Shown here piece after piece: positions 13,321 through 25,606 of a stretch of 49,253 bases of DNA. This DNA is from Catajapyx aquilonaris (lineage: Eukaryota). The notes beneath the pieces were generated by a model. The model saw nothing but the letters and a program-made list of their open reading frames with translations. It was not told where the DNA came from and did no database searches. The translations under genes were made by a program, and so were the position numbers. The stretch's first letter is position 1; each line of letters opens with the position of its first letter. The DNA lies in contig JYFJ02002895.1 in the NCBI GenBank assembly GCA_000934665.2, positions 1-49,253 on the forward strand, in the 5' to 3' direction.

Positions 13321-14232
13321 CTTGGAAGTTGTGCTACCTGATGGAAGTATATCTGCCACACAGCAGGAGAAGGTCAACACACTCGCAAGTCCTCTGCAGG
13401 ATACAATCTGACCAATTTGTTTGTGGGGTCAGAAGGAACTCTTGGAATTATCACTAAGGCAACTTTGAGGCTCTAAACCATACCAGAAGTTATGGAATCA
13501 GCTGTCTGTGCATTTCCTTCTGTTGGTGATGCAGTAGCGACTACCATAGAGACATTACAATGAAGCATTCCAGTTGCAAGAATTGGTTAGTCTTTTAATG
13601 TTGAAAGCATCATTAGTTGGAAAGATTTTTAAAAACTAACATTCATATTATTTTATCATTGCAGAATTCTTGGATGAGATGAGTATCAGGGCTGTGAACA
13701 AGTACAGTAAACTTAATTATGCTGAGCAAGCTTTCCCTGTTCCTCGAATTCCATGAATCTCCAACGGAAGTGCAAGCCCATGATAATCTAGTTGGTATGT
13801 TGCTCTTCTATTGTACAAGATTCACTCAGATGAAAGTGAGCAAGTCAACAGTATGTGGACAGATGGTGTGGCATAATTAGACTCATTTTAGAGCATGATT
13901 CCCTATTAAATGACTTGCAACAGTTCAATTACTAGTCTTGCCTTAGTTATTCCATGTTAGGTTTTCAGGGAGTTGCGGAAGTTAGGAGGTGTTGTAATAT
14001 ATTGCATCATGCTATGCAATAAGAACATGTTGTAGCATTGCACCATAATGGGCAATCAGTATACAGAACTCGAGGGATTTCCCCTCTCATCCCCCATCTC
14101 CAATAAGACCAGGCCACCCCCTCCTTACCTCACCTCCTCCCAACTCGCCCTATGCCTATCCACACACCTGAGACTGCTGAGAGTGAATCAGTCGTCGTCC
14201 TCCCACCATCCAAGTTGTAACTACGCTTAGTT

Positions 14233-14516
14233 TTTTTTTTTTTTTTTTGTTACCCCGTGATAGAGCTCGTGGCCCTCTTAGGGGGGAAGGGGAAGTTCCC
14301 AAGGGAGGGCGCCGTGCGATAGCCATTTCTGACATTCTTTAACACCAGGCCTTTTCTCCTGGCCCCGAGCAGAGAAGGGAGTGCAATTCTGCTCCGGCAT
14401 GTCGGGTGAAAAGCGGAAAAAGACCCGGCCAAGCAGAGGTGACGGGGACGGGATTTGAACCCCGGCCTCCCGCTTGGCTGGCCAGCGGCGTAACCGCTAG
14501 ACCACCATGCCGCCCC
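14233..14516 (-). mobile_element. SINE family C in an LDHD intron
   Basis: TSD aactacgcttagtt; poly(A) tail; near-identical to 9767-10058. Confidence 0.9.
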
Positions 14517-16921
14517 AACTACGCTTAGTTCAGTCTACAATATACAAACCTTATTATAACTTCTCAATTGACTCCGGCTATTTACTTGAAATACCCAACA
14601 ACACAAGACACGAAGTTATAACAGGAGGTAATAGTAAAATTACTGTTATAAGTAAGCACTTGTACCTTTGAGTGTGTAAAAATGGTTGGGATTCATGCTT
14701 GGTGTGCAAAACCTGTACTGCATAAGATGTCTAATGATTCTCTCTAACTGCTATGACGCTTGTCCAAAAATAAAAGCTAACCTGGCCAGTCAAACCCTTA
14801 TTACCCCTGTCCCCTAACGCCAATCCTTCGGCCAGAATTCAATATTATCAGCCACACAGATGCATTGGGCTAGGGATAGATACACTACCTCGCAGTGTTA
14901 CTCGTGCAAACGCCTTCTTTCCACTGTCAGATCCTACTAACGTGAATGACAAATGAATATGTCAAATGACAAAGTGGGCCATTGTTGTTATGTTGTGCCT
15001 AGCTTGCAGTTATAAGAGTTACCTGCACCCTGGGTCATGTTATGAATGCTTATTTTGCATTGACATGTACGCAAGATGCAGGGATTCCATCGAGTCAGTA
15101 CTCTCGCAACTTTGACCCCTTTGGGTAGGTATACCTTGGTGCCGGGCGACCGAGGGTATATATTCGCGGTTCTTCCTAGTGTGCTTCTTGGCAGTTCAGT
15201 AGTCTTCCGAGTATCTTCCACACCCCTTCAGGATGGCGACATGGCCAACCACCCACAGGTCAGTAGTATAGAAAGAGTATAGCATCCCATAAATCATCGC
15301 TCGCCTACATTTGGCTACCTGATGTTAAATAAACCATTATAATTGAAAGAGCATTGCGTGCATTATTCCCACCAGCTGACAGACCAGCCACAACCTGGTC
15401 GACAGTTACTGTATGTGGCAATTTATTTCATGATTAAATTATGACACTGTTGTGAAATGAAGAATTCTTTCTTTCTTTGTACTAGGGGAACTTGCAAAGG
15501 GCCATGGAGGTACTGACTTCAAGTGGAGCACTGACACTGAAGAAAGGAACTGCTTGTGGAAGGCATGCCATGATCTCTTCTATGCAGTTGGCAATTTAAG
15601 ATCTGGCTGCAAGCAGTATCTTACTGATGTTTGTGTACCAGTAACCTGAGAGAGGCCGTCGCTTTTGCCTAAGGGGAGATGGAAAAGGAAGGAATACTGG
15701 GTGCCATTTTGGGTCATGTCGGTGATGGAAATTTCCATTGCAATCTCACCTTTGACCCAAATTATCCCAAGGAGCTGTGCCCCAATTGCTGTGCAAAGAT
15801 GTTGCCTCAAGAATTGCAAGGTGAGACTATTGTTGTACAAACCTTAGGAGAATTTTACTAAATCTCCCAAGTGGCACCAGTCAGTTCTAATTAATTTATG
15901 ATTTTAGGTGTTTTGGAACTTTAATTGAATATTAGCTGCACTTTATTGGACTGAAGTAACTCATAGTGTCTGTTTATCATATTGTTGCAGGAAGGCTTTG
16001 GCTCTTCAAGGAACTTGCGCAGGAGAGCATGGTATTGGAGTAGGAAAGATTAAACTGTTGGAGGAGGAATTGGGTGCAACTGGTATTCGTATCATGAAGC
16101 AGATTAAGTCAGTTCTTAATTCAAATGGACTGATGAATCCTGAGAAAGTCTTGAGTCTTGCCTAGTCTGCAAAGTGCATTGAAACCTGTAAGACTGATTC
16201 TGGTAAGGAATCATTATTTCGTTACAATGTTTTCTTATTACTACACTGCATGCAGCACTTGTTAGTGTTGGTCTTAGGATGTTACAGCTCGTAAGTTAAT
16301 TTTCTAACAAGAAAAATATAATATTGATTCAGGATATACCAGCAATAGAAAAAGCAGGCACTGTAATTTTTCATACCACCATATCTCCATACCAATACTC
16401 TTGTGAGGATAGCCACGTAACTTGTGAGGACTTGCAAGAGTGCCAGTACGAATTTTGATGTTCTAATTTGGCAGCAAAAATATTGTATGAGAGAAGAATA
16501 CTGAAGTAATTTTAAAATTCTGGTATTTCACTAACTTCAGCTGCATTTGCATGTGAGCGAAGTAGAGTGAAATCTTCACCAGGGCTGAAATTAACTATTG
16601 ATTTTTGCCTCAAACAATATTGGTTACTTGGGTTACTCAGCCTTGGCAAAGGCTTCGCTGGTCAAATCGCTCACATGTAAATTCACCTTTATTCAAATAC
16701 TGTATATGAACTTCATGCTTACATAGTCAATAAGACACATGAGGTGTGTGGTGGAAAAACATGATAACCCACATTTTTGTCATTTTTGACCTAAACACCT
16801 AGCAACTATGTAAAAGACATGACAAACATTTTGGTATACTCAAAGTTCACATATCATCCACGAGACGGTAACACGAGCCAGATAACAACCCACTTGCCAT
16901 ACGAGTATTTTCTGGCACCTT

Positions 16922-17230
16922 ATTTATTTAATTTTTTTATTTTTATTATTCTACCCCGTGATAGGGCAGAGCCCTTTTAGGGGGGTGGCATACCAACGTC
17001 AGTTTTTCTTCGATTTTTCTGACTCTTACTTCACACATGGATGGGGCCAAGGATAGGGCCGGAAGGAAGCGACTGTGGCCTATTTTTACGAAAACGACCC
17101 CGGAATTGTCCTGGGGGGCCCGTAGGAAACCACAGAAAACTAAGGTCAGGGTCGCCGGCCCTGGGATTCGAACCCAGGACCTCCCAATTAGCACTCAGAC
17201 TCCATATCCACTACACCAACCTACTTCGGT
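16922..17230 (-). mobile_element. SINE family B
   Basis: TSD-like ttttctggcac; class-1 tail. Confidence 0.85.
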
Positions 17231-17936
17231 TGTTTTCTGGCACTTCTTCTCGTGGAAAACCCTGACAAGTGATAACCCACCAAATTTTTATACCCTTCAC
17301 ATTCTTCCATTTAATACAGGATGTAACAAAGGTTTCTAGCCCAGTCAATATTATAGAAGGGAAAGTCTCAGTTTTTTAAAGTTACCTCATCTGTTATGTT
17401 GATATTGTACTCCCATAATCTCCGGAATATGCTGTCCCCTGTATGACTCATTATTATCATATCCATATCCCTCCTGACTCTGCTTTTGTGCTCACATGAA
17501 TGAGATGTGTGCAATGCAAGTGTTGTCTGTCAATAAAATTCCTTGCAAGTGCTTTGTTATCAATGCCTGATTCCCCCCCCCCCCCCATTACCCCACTTAG
17601 GGAGCTACTTACTCCTTTGGGGGGGNTTTTGCGAATTTTATCAAAACATCCATTAAGGAACAGTAAATGAAAGACAAGACTTCCACAATGACACTTTAGA
17701 TTGGAAATTGGAAAACACTGCCCCTTTTTTTCTATTTGGAGGCCGACACTTGCCCCTCTTCCGTTTTGGATTTCGCGATGCGTTTCATGCAGTTATTACA
17801 ATGTTCCCTGGTTGTCATATGCGTGGGTGAAAATGGCTGAAATAATTTTTCCTACGTGATTTGACGACGCACTTGATATTTAAGCACAAATATCCTCTGG
17901 TGAGAATTTAGCTTATGTTATGTTTGAATAAACACT

Positions 17937-18282
17937 GGGGAGGCGAAGTGGCGCAACGGTAACGTTCGCGCCCACGGATGTTAAGGTCCCGGGTTCGATC
18001 CCGGCCCGGGGACACCCCCTTCATCTCGTGCAGAGTAAAGTGTCGTCTCTGACTTCGTCTCGGGTGGTATTTCCTACAGACTAAACCACCCGGGGGGAGC
18101 TCACAAAACGGCCACATGCGGACAAGGCACTGCACTTGCACATCCCCTCCTGTCATCCCTTCCTGCCCGTGGGCCCGGGCGTGATAAATAGGATCCAGAT
18201 GTACTGATGATGATTAATAATAAAGGTCCAGGCAAAACCCCAATAGGGGTACGCCCATACCCAATTATTATTATTATTATTA
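17937..18282 (+). mobile_element. SINE family A
   Basis: TSD gaataaacact; (TTA)n tail; class-2 stem-loop. Confidence 0.9.
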
Positions 18283-19990
18283 GAATAAACACTTGACCCC
18301 TCCTTATACTTAAGAAACGTTGCACAAAAAGTGAGATAAAACAACTTGCACTGCTTTGCACCACTCGCTGACAGTATACAATAAATGGTTTAAAGCCTAA
18401 CGAATGCATGTAAAAGAAAATTAGCCCCCGATAGGCCCCGCTTGTCGGGTAGTATGTTGAATTAGTGTGACCCTGTGCTAGACCAAGGAGGCTCCAGGGT
18501 AGAGCACTACCACGTGCGCCCACTACTTTGCACCTCGCCGGGCTACCCCCTTGATTGACAGGAACCTTCCACTGGTTCCTTTCACTAATCCCAGCAAGTC
18601 ATTTAAATATTCACTTATCTTCATTTTAACGACAATTTTGAATTCTGCAGTGTCAATTACCTATCCTTGCATGTAAAAGTTTCTCCAGAGCTATTATATT
18701 TAAGTGAAATATTACGCAAAAGTAAGAGGGTACAAGTGTTGATAATTATGATTATTTTATTCAATAACGGGACAAATTTTGCATGCTCAGTTTACCTGAG
18801 ACATGAAGACGGACCTAGGTGGGCCGCTCCTTTTCATTCTGCGGGCGTGGCCACTAGCGCAGCGCTCCATGTCAGTACCTATAACTCCGTAACCATTTCG
18901 TATTCCAAAATTCCGTTTGTATCACTGATAGAGGACACTGTGAGGTGTATTTTGATATCAATGTGGTGACATTTGACTTGGCTCTTTTTTGAAAATGTCA
19001 TTTGTTTGCAAAAATGTCGATTTGTGACATGAATTTGTACAGCTATCGGAAAGTGACTATTTTTGTCGGAAAGAGGAGACAATTTCACACATGGAACATG
19101 TATTTCATCATGCATTTACGCTGTCATGTAAATATAATAGGGGGGCGCCTCTAACTGTGATCCTAGTGCAATTAGCGCCTGTAGATAGGCAACCACGCAT
19201 CAGCGGACCAAATCCTTGTGAGAAAGGTCCGAACGTGACTTGGACCTAAACATATCTCACACTCATCGATGGGCAAATTTTTTCGTGCAAAAGGTGATCA
19301 CGTTCACGTGGAATTGCCTCACCGTGTCGCCCCACACCTTATGTTTATTGAAAAATTATTAACCCTCTGGCCGCAGTGTCCGTGATTTACGAACACTCAC
19401 TTTGAGAGATTTTTTTTTGCAAAGTATCTGTAAATTGTAAATGAATACAGTTTTCAGCATATTCACAAGCAAAGCAAGCAGAATTCACCACAAAAATCAC
19501 ATGCTCAAGTGCTTTGTTGGACTTGTTCGTATGACGCCATCTTCCGGCAGCTGTATTGGAAAAGGTTCTATGCGCAATGATAGAGATTGTATGAAGCTCA
19601 ATTCTGGGAATTTAGCAATATATTGGATCAGTTTCTAGGCAATATTTTGCATAGAATCGTTCTTTGAACCCATAAACTTCGTCGCTACGTTTTGTCTGAT
19701 CCGTAGCAGCATAGAAATAGTTATAGCTGTCGTGCTACGCATGGCCTAGACACCTAGACTAGACTATGGGAGCTGCACAGCAGATCTGGCGGGAGCGGCC
19801 TTTCAATCAGGTTCGAATTATATATGAGGCATAGGGCTAACACGAGCTGTTGCGTTGGTGAGATATGGATTTTTAAATCTACGATTACGTCATGCATAGT
19901 CATTGATGAGTCATGCGGCGGGAGTAGCGGCAGAAACTTTTGTTACATCCTGAATCTCTACTAATTACAGGAACAAGTGTTCTAAAAGTT

Positions 19991-20305
19991 ATGGACAACA
20001 ACAGACAGTCAGGCAATATAATAAAACCCAGTGTTACAAGTTCAGGTAATACACTGATTTGTGACAAGAGTGCTAACTTGATTTCGCTCTCCTGAGAAAT
20101 TACACCTTTGTGGGTTATCTGTTTTTCCACCACACCCCTCACATCTCATTTTCACATGAGTAGGGCTCAGCTCACATGTTACTGACCTGCAGCATATTTC
20201 AGGGAAGTGGTTGATGAACAGATCCATGAGGCACTCACTGCTTTGGGCACCAAGTGGTGGAAAAAGGCTGAGTTGGATGACCCTCTACCCCCAGAAGATA
20301 GGTGA
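19991..20305 (+). CDS. Candidate 55-aa two-exon microprotein (or 3' exons of a longer gene)
   Basis: Exons 19991-20045 and 20193-20305 (cag|gtaata donor; actgacctgcag acceptor) join in frame to give MDNNRQSGNIIKPSVTSSAYFREVVDEQIHEALTALGTKWWKKAELDDPLPPEDR*. Upstream acceptor at 19970; AATAAA at ~20405. Confidence 0.35.
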
Positions 20306-20574
20306 ACAAGGAAATCATCATGCGGTTGGTTTAGCCGCATCATTTTTCCCAGAATGTAATTTTTGATTGATCAAGATGGATCTGATTATTATTTTTATTT
20401 ACAAAATAAAACTGCATATGTACTGAGAGAGTATTACTTTATTTTGACAACTTGCTGGTAGTTATCCAGTTTGTACTTGTACAGGCATATGCTACAGAAC
20501 AAAATATTACAAGTGGATTCTTTATAATTGAACAGTTACCGTACATTCAGTAGGCCTACTTTAAACTCAGCATG

Positions 20575-20825
20575 TTTGCATTAGAATCAATTTGCATTAA
20601 AATAAAAAAACTGCATTAGAATCAATTTGCATTAAAATAAAGAAAACTGCATTAGAATCATTTTGCATTAAAATAAAGAACTGCATTAGAATCATTTTGC
20701 ATTAAAATAAAAAAAACCATTAGAATCAATTTGCATTAAAATAAAGAAAACTGCATTAGAATCAATTGGCATTAAAATAAAAAAACTGCATTAGAATCAA
20801 TTTGCATAAAAAAAAAATGCATTAC
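20575..20825. repeat. ~35-bp minisatellite, ~7 units
   Basis: Unit ctgcattagaatcaatttgcattaaaataaa(g)aaaa repeated head to tail. Confidence 0.9.
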
Positions 20826-20999
20826 TTTATAATATTCCAGATTCCCTAAGTTGAGGTTGAAATCTGAGTTGCCCATGAACATCTTGTGAGATGGCAATTA
20901 TCGCAGCATCACATCCAGAGTGTTCACCTGTGCCTAGATATGGAGAACATATTTTGTTACATGCTTTAATCAGGCTATTATGCAAAGCAGACCTGATAA

Positions 21000-22385
21000 T
21001 TATCCATCTTGTCCATTGGCAATACTAGCACCTTCATCCAGCCAGGACAGGTCTGTCGAGGATGTACTCTCTAAAAACAACTTGAGCTCATGATCCTCAT
21101 TGGGACCTTCAATCTTCATCCGCACCTCATTGGGAACTTCAATCTGCATCCACTCCTCAATGGAAACTTCAATCTTCATCCCCTCCTCATTGGGAACTTC
21201 AATCTTCATCCGCTCCTTATTGGGAACTTCAATCTTCATCCGCTCCTCATTGGGAACTTCAATCTTCATCCACTCCTCATTGGGAACTTCAATCTTCATC
21301 CACTCCTCATTGGAAACTTCAATCTTCATCCGCTCCTCATTGGGAACTTCAATCTTCATCTGCTCCTCATTGGGAACTTCAATCTTCATCCGCTCCTCAT
21401 TGGGATCTTCAACTTTCATCCGCTTCATCGATGTTGGTATCTTATCACTGCACACCACCTCCTGTGCTGCTACATCATTTATCATCACCAGGTTTTTCTC
21501 TGCCTGCACACACAAGTAGACGTCATCATCTGAAAGCCCTGGCAATCCTTCCATCATCTCTTCTTCCTCAGGTGACCTTAGTGGCTTCTTGGCTTGATTT
21601 GTTACTTTTATTGGCACACCAACTGCCAGGTTAAGTTCATCCCACCTTTTAGCGACAATGCCCAACTTGCTAATTGATTCCTTCTGTTGTAGCAAGTCAC
21701 TGGCCTCTTGGCTTCTAACTTTATCAGTCAGTTCACGGGCTGCGCTGGGGAGAGATCTTCCCTTCTCCTGGAAGAACTTGTCCACCCATTGGAGAGCTTC
21801 CTGGTAGGATGGAATCTCAAGCTCATAGCGGATTTTACGCTGAAGAATAGAGGTGCACTTCTCGAGCTGTTCGCAGAGTGTGACTACCTGTTTGACAGAG
21901 TGTATTGGGGCATTAGTTACAGGTTTAGTCAAAACACATCTGAGAATGCACTTCTGGAACCTCCCACTTTTCAAGTTTCCACGGAGATGCCCTCTCGCAA
22001 CAAAAGGCATAAGCAGGGTCAACAAAAGGACACTATTTACTCCTATTGTTGAAGGGAAGGCGGAGTGGCACTGCGGTAACATATGCCCCCAAGGATGGAA
22101 GGGTCTCGGGTTCGATCCCAGCCTGGGGTCTCCCCCCTTCATCTCGTGCAGAGTTGGGTCGTCTCTGGCTTCGTCTTGGGTGGAATCTCTGACAGACTAA
22201 TCCACTCAGGGGAGTTCACAAAATGTGCCTTATTCAGACATTGCACTCGCACTTTGCACATCCCCTCCCAGTCACCCTGCCCTTGGATCAGGGTGATTCG
22301 TTCAAAGGTTCCAGTTGTATTGTACTTTAACGGTATAAATAAAGGTCCATGCAACACACCTCTTAAGGATGTCAAGCACTACCCG

Positions 22386-22457
<72 letters not shown>

Positions 22458-24884
22458 CTACTACTACTACTACTACTATTGTTGCATAGGGGCATCTCCG
22501 TGAAAACTTTAAAAGTGGAAGGTTCTAGAAGTGCATTATCAGACATCCTTTGAGAATAGAGCGATATTTTGACCCCACGACTGACCCATAAGATAAGGAA
22601 TGCCTTGCTGGTTAGGTAACTCCTCTGGCATGGGTGATGAAAGAGTCACTTACCTAGCAGGGTATTCCTTATCTAGCCAAGTCAACAAACCATCTGCAAC
22701 ACCGGTGATTCCTAGTTATGCAGCAAAAAAGGGTGAAATAATAAGACAACACAAGGGCATAGCATCCCTGTTAATTTTAATGGCGAAAGTATTCTGATGA
22801 AATCTAATGTATCCAGCCCATAGCAGCATGCTGAAGAGATCAGTAAATACACATCTTTTAGACAAGGTGAGTATCAAACTAATAATTTATGCATAGCAAT
22901 TTGCAAAAAAACCTAGTACTGTACCAGTACCGTACCTGTTAACCTGCACAACTAATTGATTTATGGGGAGGTGCGGTGGACGAGATGGTAAGTTGTCGGC
23001 TTGCTGAGTGAAAGATCCCAAGTTCGATCCCCGCCTGGGAGTTCCCTTTCATCTGTGTCAGTAGGGTCTTTGACCTGCACCTTGGAGGTGTCTGGCAACC
23101 TAACCTCCTGGGGAACAACACATGACCCCTTTACAGACATTCCACTTGCACACATGTTCCCTCCCCAAAAATCCCTATCCTTACCCAATGTCCTTGTTTC
23201 CCTGCACAGTGAAGAAAATGCAGAAAATTGGAATGAAAAATGGTGGTGTTCCACACCCCCCTATCGACCCATAAGGGTCATCACGGGGTACTATATATTT
23301 TTTTAAACTAATTAATTTACGGAACAGACTCCTGCGAGGCTCATTAGACCAATGCAGTCAATTTATTCACATACATTGTTGATAGACATGGACGCAACAA
23401 ATATATTCTTCTCTCAATTTTTGAGTAATCATTAGGCCCCGGATTTGTAGGTTTTTACCTATTTAGTTCCTTGATAGTTATTCCTAATTTTTCAACATAT
23501 CTTTGTGAGTTGGGGTATTCTGAGTGGAATATATAAATCTTATAGAACCTAAAATAACCTAATCGGGGGATTAGAACCTATAAACACCTAAATTGAGGTT
23601 AAACCCCACAAAAACCTAATAAAGACCTATTTCGGGGGTTTTAACGGAAATTGCACTTAAACTGCATGATGGGGTCCAAGAGAAGTTGCAGAATTTAAAT
23701 TCGCCCCTGTTACATCTTGTGCCGCTGCCTTCGAGAGGTGTTTTTCTGGCCTGCGACGAATCATGTCAGATAATCACCGAGGGTTCACTGCAGAAAATCT
23801 TGCCATGTACTTGATTGTTCAAAGCCACAAGAGATCATGATTCATGCATGATCATGAAGCATATGTTTTTAATTATTTCATAAAATATTGAATTAGATTT
23901 AATTGCCGTGTAAATTGATTTCATTGCTCAAATGCGACCCCACTGCAAGAATTAGCAATAAAAAGGACTTACATAACGGTTTTTAGATATGTTAATGCAC
24001 TATAACCTATAAAAACCTAAAATAGAGTTTTTAAAACCTGTAAAAACCTAAAACCCAGATCGAAAAAACCTAATTGGCGATTTTTAAAACCTACAAATCC
24101 GGGGCCTAGTAATCATGTGGTTATTTTAGTTCTCTAGCTATACAGTATGTTCTGTAATATGTACGTCATTTAACATCCACCTGACCTGTTTTACACCCCG
24201 TTTGATACATGAGAGTATTGGCAAATGAGCAATGAAGTTATGTACCTCTGTGGCCATCACTTTGTAGTACATGTGTCCAGGCTGGTGTGCTCCATAAGTC
24301 TCGATCCAGTTTTGCACCTTGAGGATGTGTGCCAGCATCCCCTTGACCATGCCAGCCACCGTCTGCTCTGAAGAACATAGACACCATTAAGCAAGGTAAG
24401 AGTTTGGCTAAAAGGAAACCCTCACTTGGCATGGTGAGGCTCATTGGCAACTGCTTCTTGCTGGCAGCCACCACGCTCAGCATGGTGCTGGTCTTCTTCT
24501 TCGAGCACATCTTCTTGATTTCTTCGATTTCTCGGCGGTGTTCCTTGCTCATGTGAGCTATCTTTTCCAGAAGCTTGAGCTATTTTGTGGAATAAGAACA
24601 AAATCAAACTTAATTCTAATTAACCAACATAAGGACCCATGAACTGGCGAATCTTAAGCAATGACTTCAGTATACCTTATCGGTGTATCGGGTTTGTAGC
24701 CTGTCCCTGACCTCTCCCAGGACCTGAACGCGCGCAGCCACCCCGTTCAGGCATGTCGCTTCCTTTCGCAGGGTGTTCAACTGCAGGTACGCAATTGGTA
24801 GTCATGAACTATCGACATATCAAGGAAAGAGAGTGTACTTACAGCAAGAATGGCCGCCTTCAAGACCGGCGTGACACTGGACAT
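21000..24884 (-). CDS. Five-exon 436-aa protein of unknown family with a tandem MKIE repeat tract
   Basis: Exons 24884-24843 (MSSVTPVLKAAILA), 24780-24676, 24579-24426, 24367-24246 and 21887-21000. All GT-AG, phases 0,0,1,0 compatible, no internal stop; first three introns 62, 96 and 58 nt. Confidence 0.75.
21093..21426 (-). repeat. Coding 30-nt tandem repeat, ~11 units (EERMKIEVPN)
   Basis: Plus-strand unit ctcctcattgggaacttcaatcttcatccg. Confidence 0.95.
22054..22475 (+). mobile_element. SINE family A with (TTA)n(CTA)n tail, in intron 4 of the MKIE gene
   Basis: TSD-like ctattgttg; class-2 tail. Confidence 0.88.
22965..23305 (+). mobile_element. tRNA-derived SINE family D
   Basis: Head ggggaggtgcggtggacgagatggt...agttcgatccc; imperfect TSD aactaatt(g/a)attta; class-1 tail. 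Confidence 0.75.
23433..24108 (+). mobile_element. Internally deleted hAT transposon
   Basis: TIR taggccccggatttgtaggtttt; 8-bp TSD gtaatcat; retains C-terminal dimerisation-like peptide FKFAPVTSCAAAFERCFSGLRRIMSDNHRGFTAENLAMYLIV (~23694-23840). Confidence 0.9.
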
Positions 24885-24960
24885 GTTTCCGGGCCGGGCC
24901 TCGCCACGAAGGGAACCTGACCATGAACCTAGCGAAGACATCATTCGAACCTCTTCGAAC

Positions 24961-25320
24961 TAGGGATGGGAGAACGTATCGGTGTATCGGTATATATCGA
25001 TATTTAGAGGCGCCGATATCACAAATATCGGAACTTTTGAATATCGATCATCGCTATATCGATACTGCAATTTTCCGATATTATGACACTTTTGTCATTG
25101 GCTACAAGTTGAACATGCCTTTTGTGCTGTTCCAAAAATTCATTAGAATAAGCTCTGGGGAAGGTTGTTACGCCACTGCAGCTGACGGACGCATTGTAAG
25201 TATTGATTTCATCTCTACATGTCAGGGAGAATTTTTCTCGATATATCGATGTTTTTGGACCAATATATCGGTATTCCATATATCGTCATATCGATATTTG
25301 ACGAAAAAGCCCCATCTCTA
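24961..25320. mobile_element. hAT (Ac-like) MITE with subterminal ATCGAT motifs
   Basis: TIR tagggatggg/cccatctcta; 8-bp TSD (c/a)ttcgaac; many atcgat and tatcg repeats. Confidence 0.75.
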
Positions 25321-25545
25321 ATTCGAACGCGGCCGTGTGACCGTACCGGTCGCACGGCCGTGTTCGAATTAGAGTTGGGGCTTCTGTTCAGTTGTCTAGT
25401 GCTCTTTCTCTCTCTCGGGGTCATACGGTATGACCCCGAGAGAGAGAGAAAGAGCACTAGCTGGACAACTGCAGGGTCCCCTACATGGTTGCCTCCCCCA
25501 CCCTAGGGGTCTAGGGGGAGGACGGCACTCATGTAGGTTACCCTG
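25316..25545. repeat. Cluster of three adjacent hairpins
   Basis: 25316-25374 (28-bp stem, 2 mismatches), 25389-25471 (near-perfect palindrome), 25471-25545 (imperfect). Confidence 0.85.
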
Positions 25546-25606
25546 GACAACTGGACTAGAGGTAACGCCATTAGAGGCCTGGCCAATCAGCGCGAAGCAG
25601 CCGCGT

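Larger units (their letters stand above)
12759..16165 (+). pseudogene. LDHD: D-lactate dehydrogenase (FAD-linked oxidase family) pseudogene, intron-containing
   Basis: Exons 12759-13585 (interrupted 12864-13320), 13665-13794, 15486-15820 and 15991-16165 encode [78 protein letters not shown] and LMNPEKVL, recognised LDHD motifs. In-frame TAA at 13474 and TGA at 13561, frameshifts near 13350, 13730 and 15645. N-terminal exons not recognised. Confidence 0.9.

Noticed and set aside
16280..16700. Protein-like minus-strand fragments downstream of LDHD (e.g. GTLASPHKLRGYPHKSIGMEIWWYEKL)
   Set aside because: Interrupted by stops, no consistent splice model and no recognisable family
17572..17630. 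C-rich/G-rich hairpin near the ambiguous base
   Set aside because: Resembles an orphan class-1 tail on the minus strand but adjoins an N at 17626 and homopolymers, so the assembly is unreliable here
17937..18015. tRNA genes at SINE heads (also 8847, 10058, 22965, 35424 and others)
   Set aside because: A/B boxes present but cloverleaf stems are imperfect, and each continues into a repeated body, tail and TSD
19359..19400. piggyBac-like ends (TTAA|CCCT; also ~48887)
   Set aside because: No matching partner TIR identified in the window
21093..21426. Regular 30-bp array as a CRISPR
   Set aside because: Head-to-tail units with no unique spacers, in frame within a spliced eukaryotic exon; no cas genes
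21090..21533. Plus-strand repeat ORFs (LIGNFNLHPL)n and (SSLGTSIFIR)n
   Set aside because: Antisense shadows of the coding repeat; only the minus frame has a coherent spliced gene model
21888..22142. N-terminus of the 380-aa ORF-track protein
   Set aside because: Starts inside a SINE and runs through intron sequence up to the acceptor at 21888
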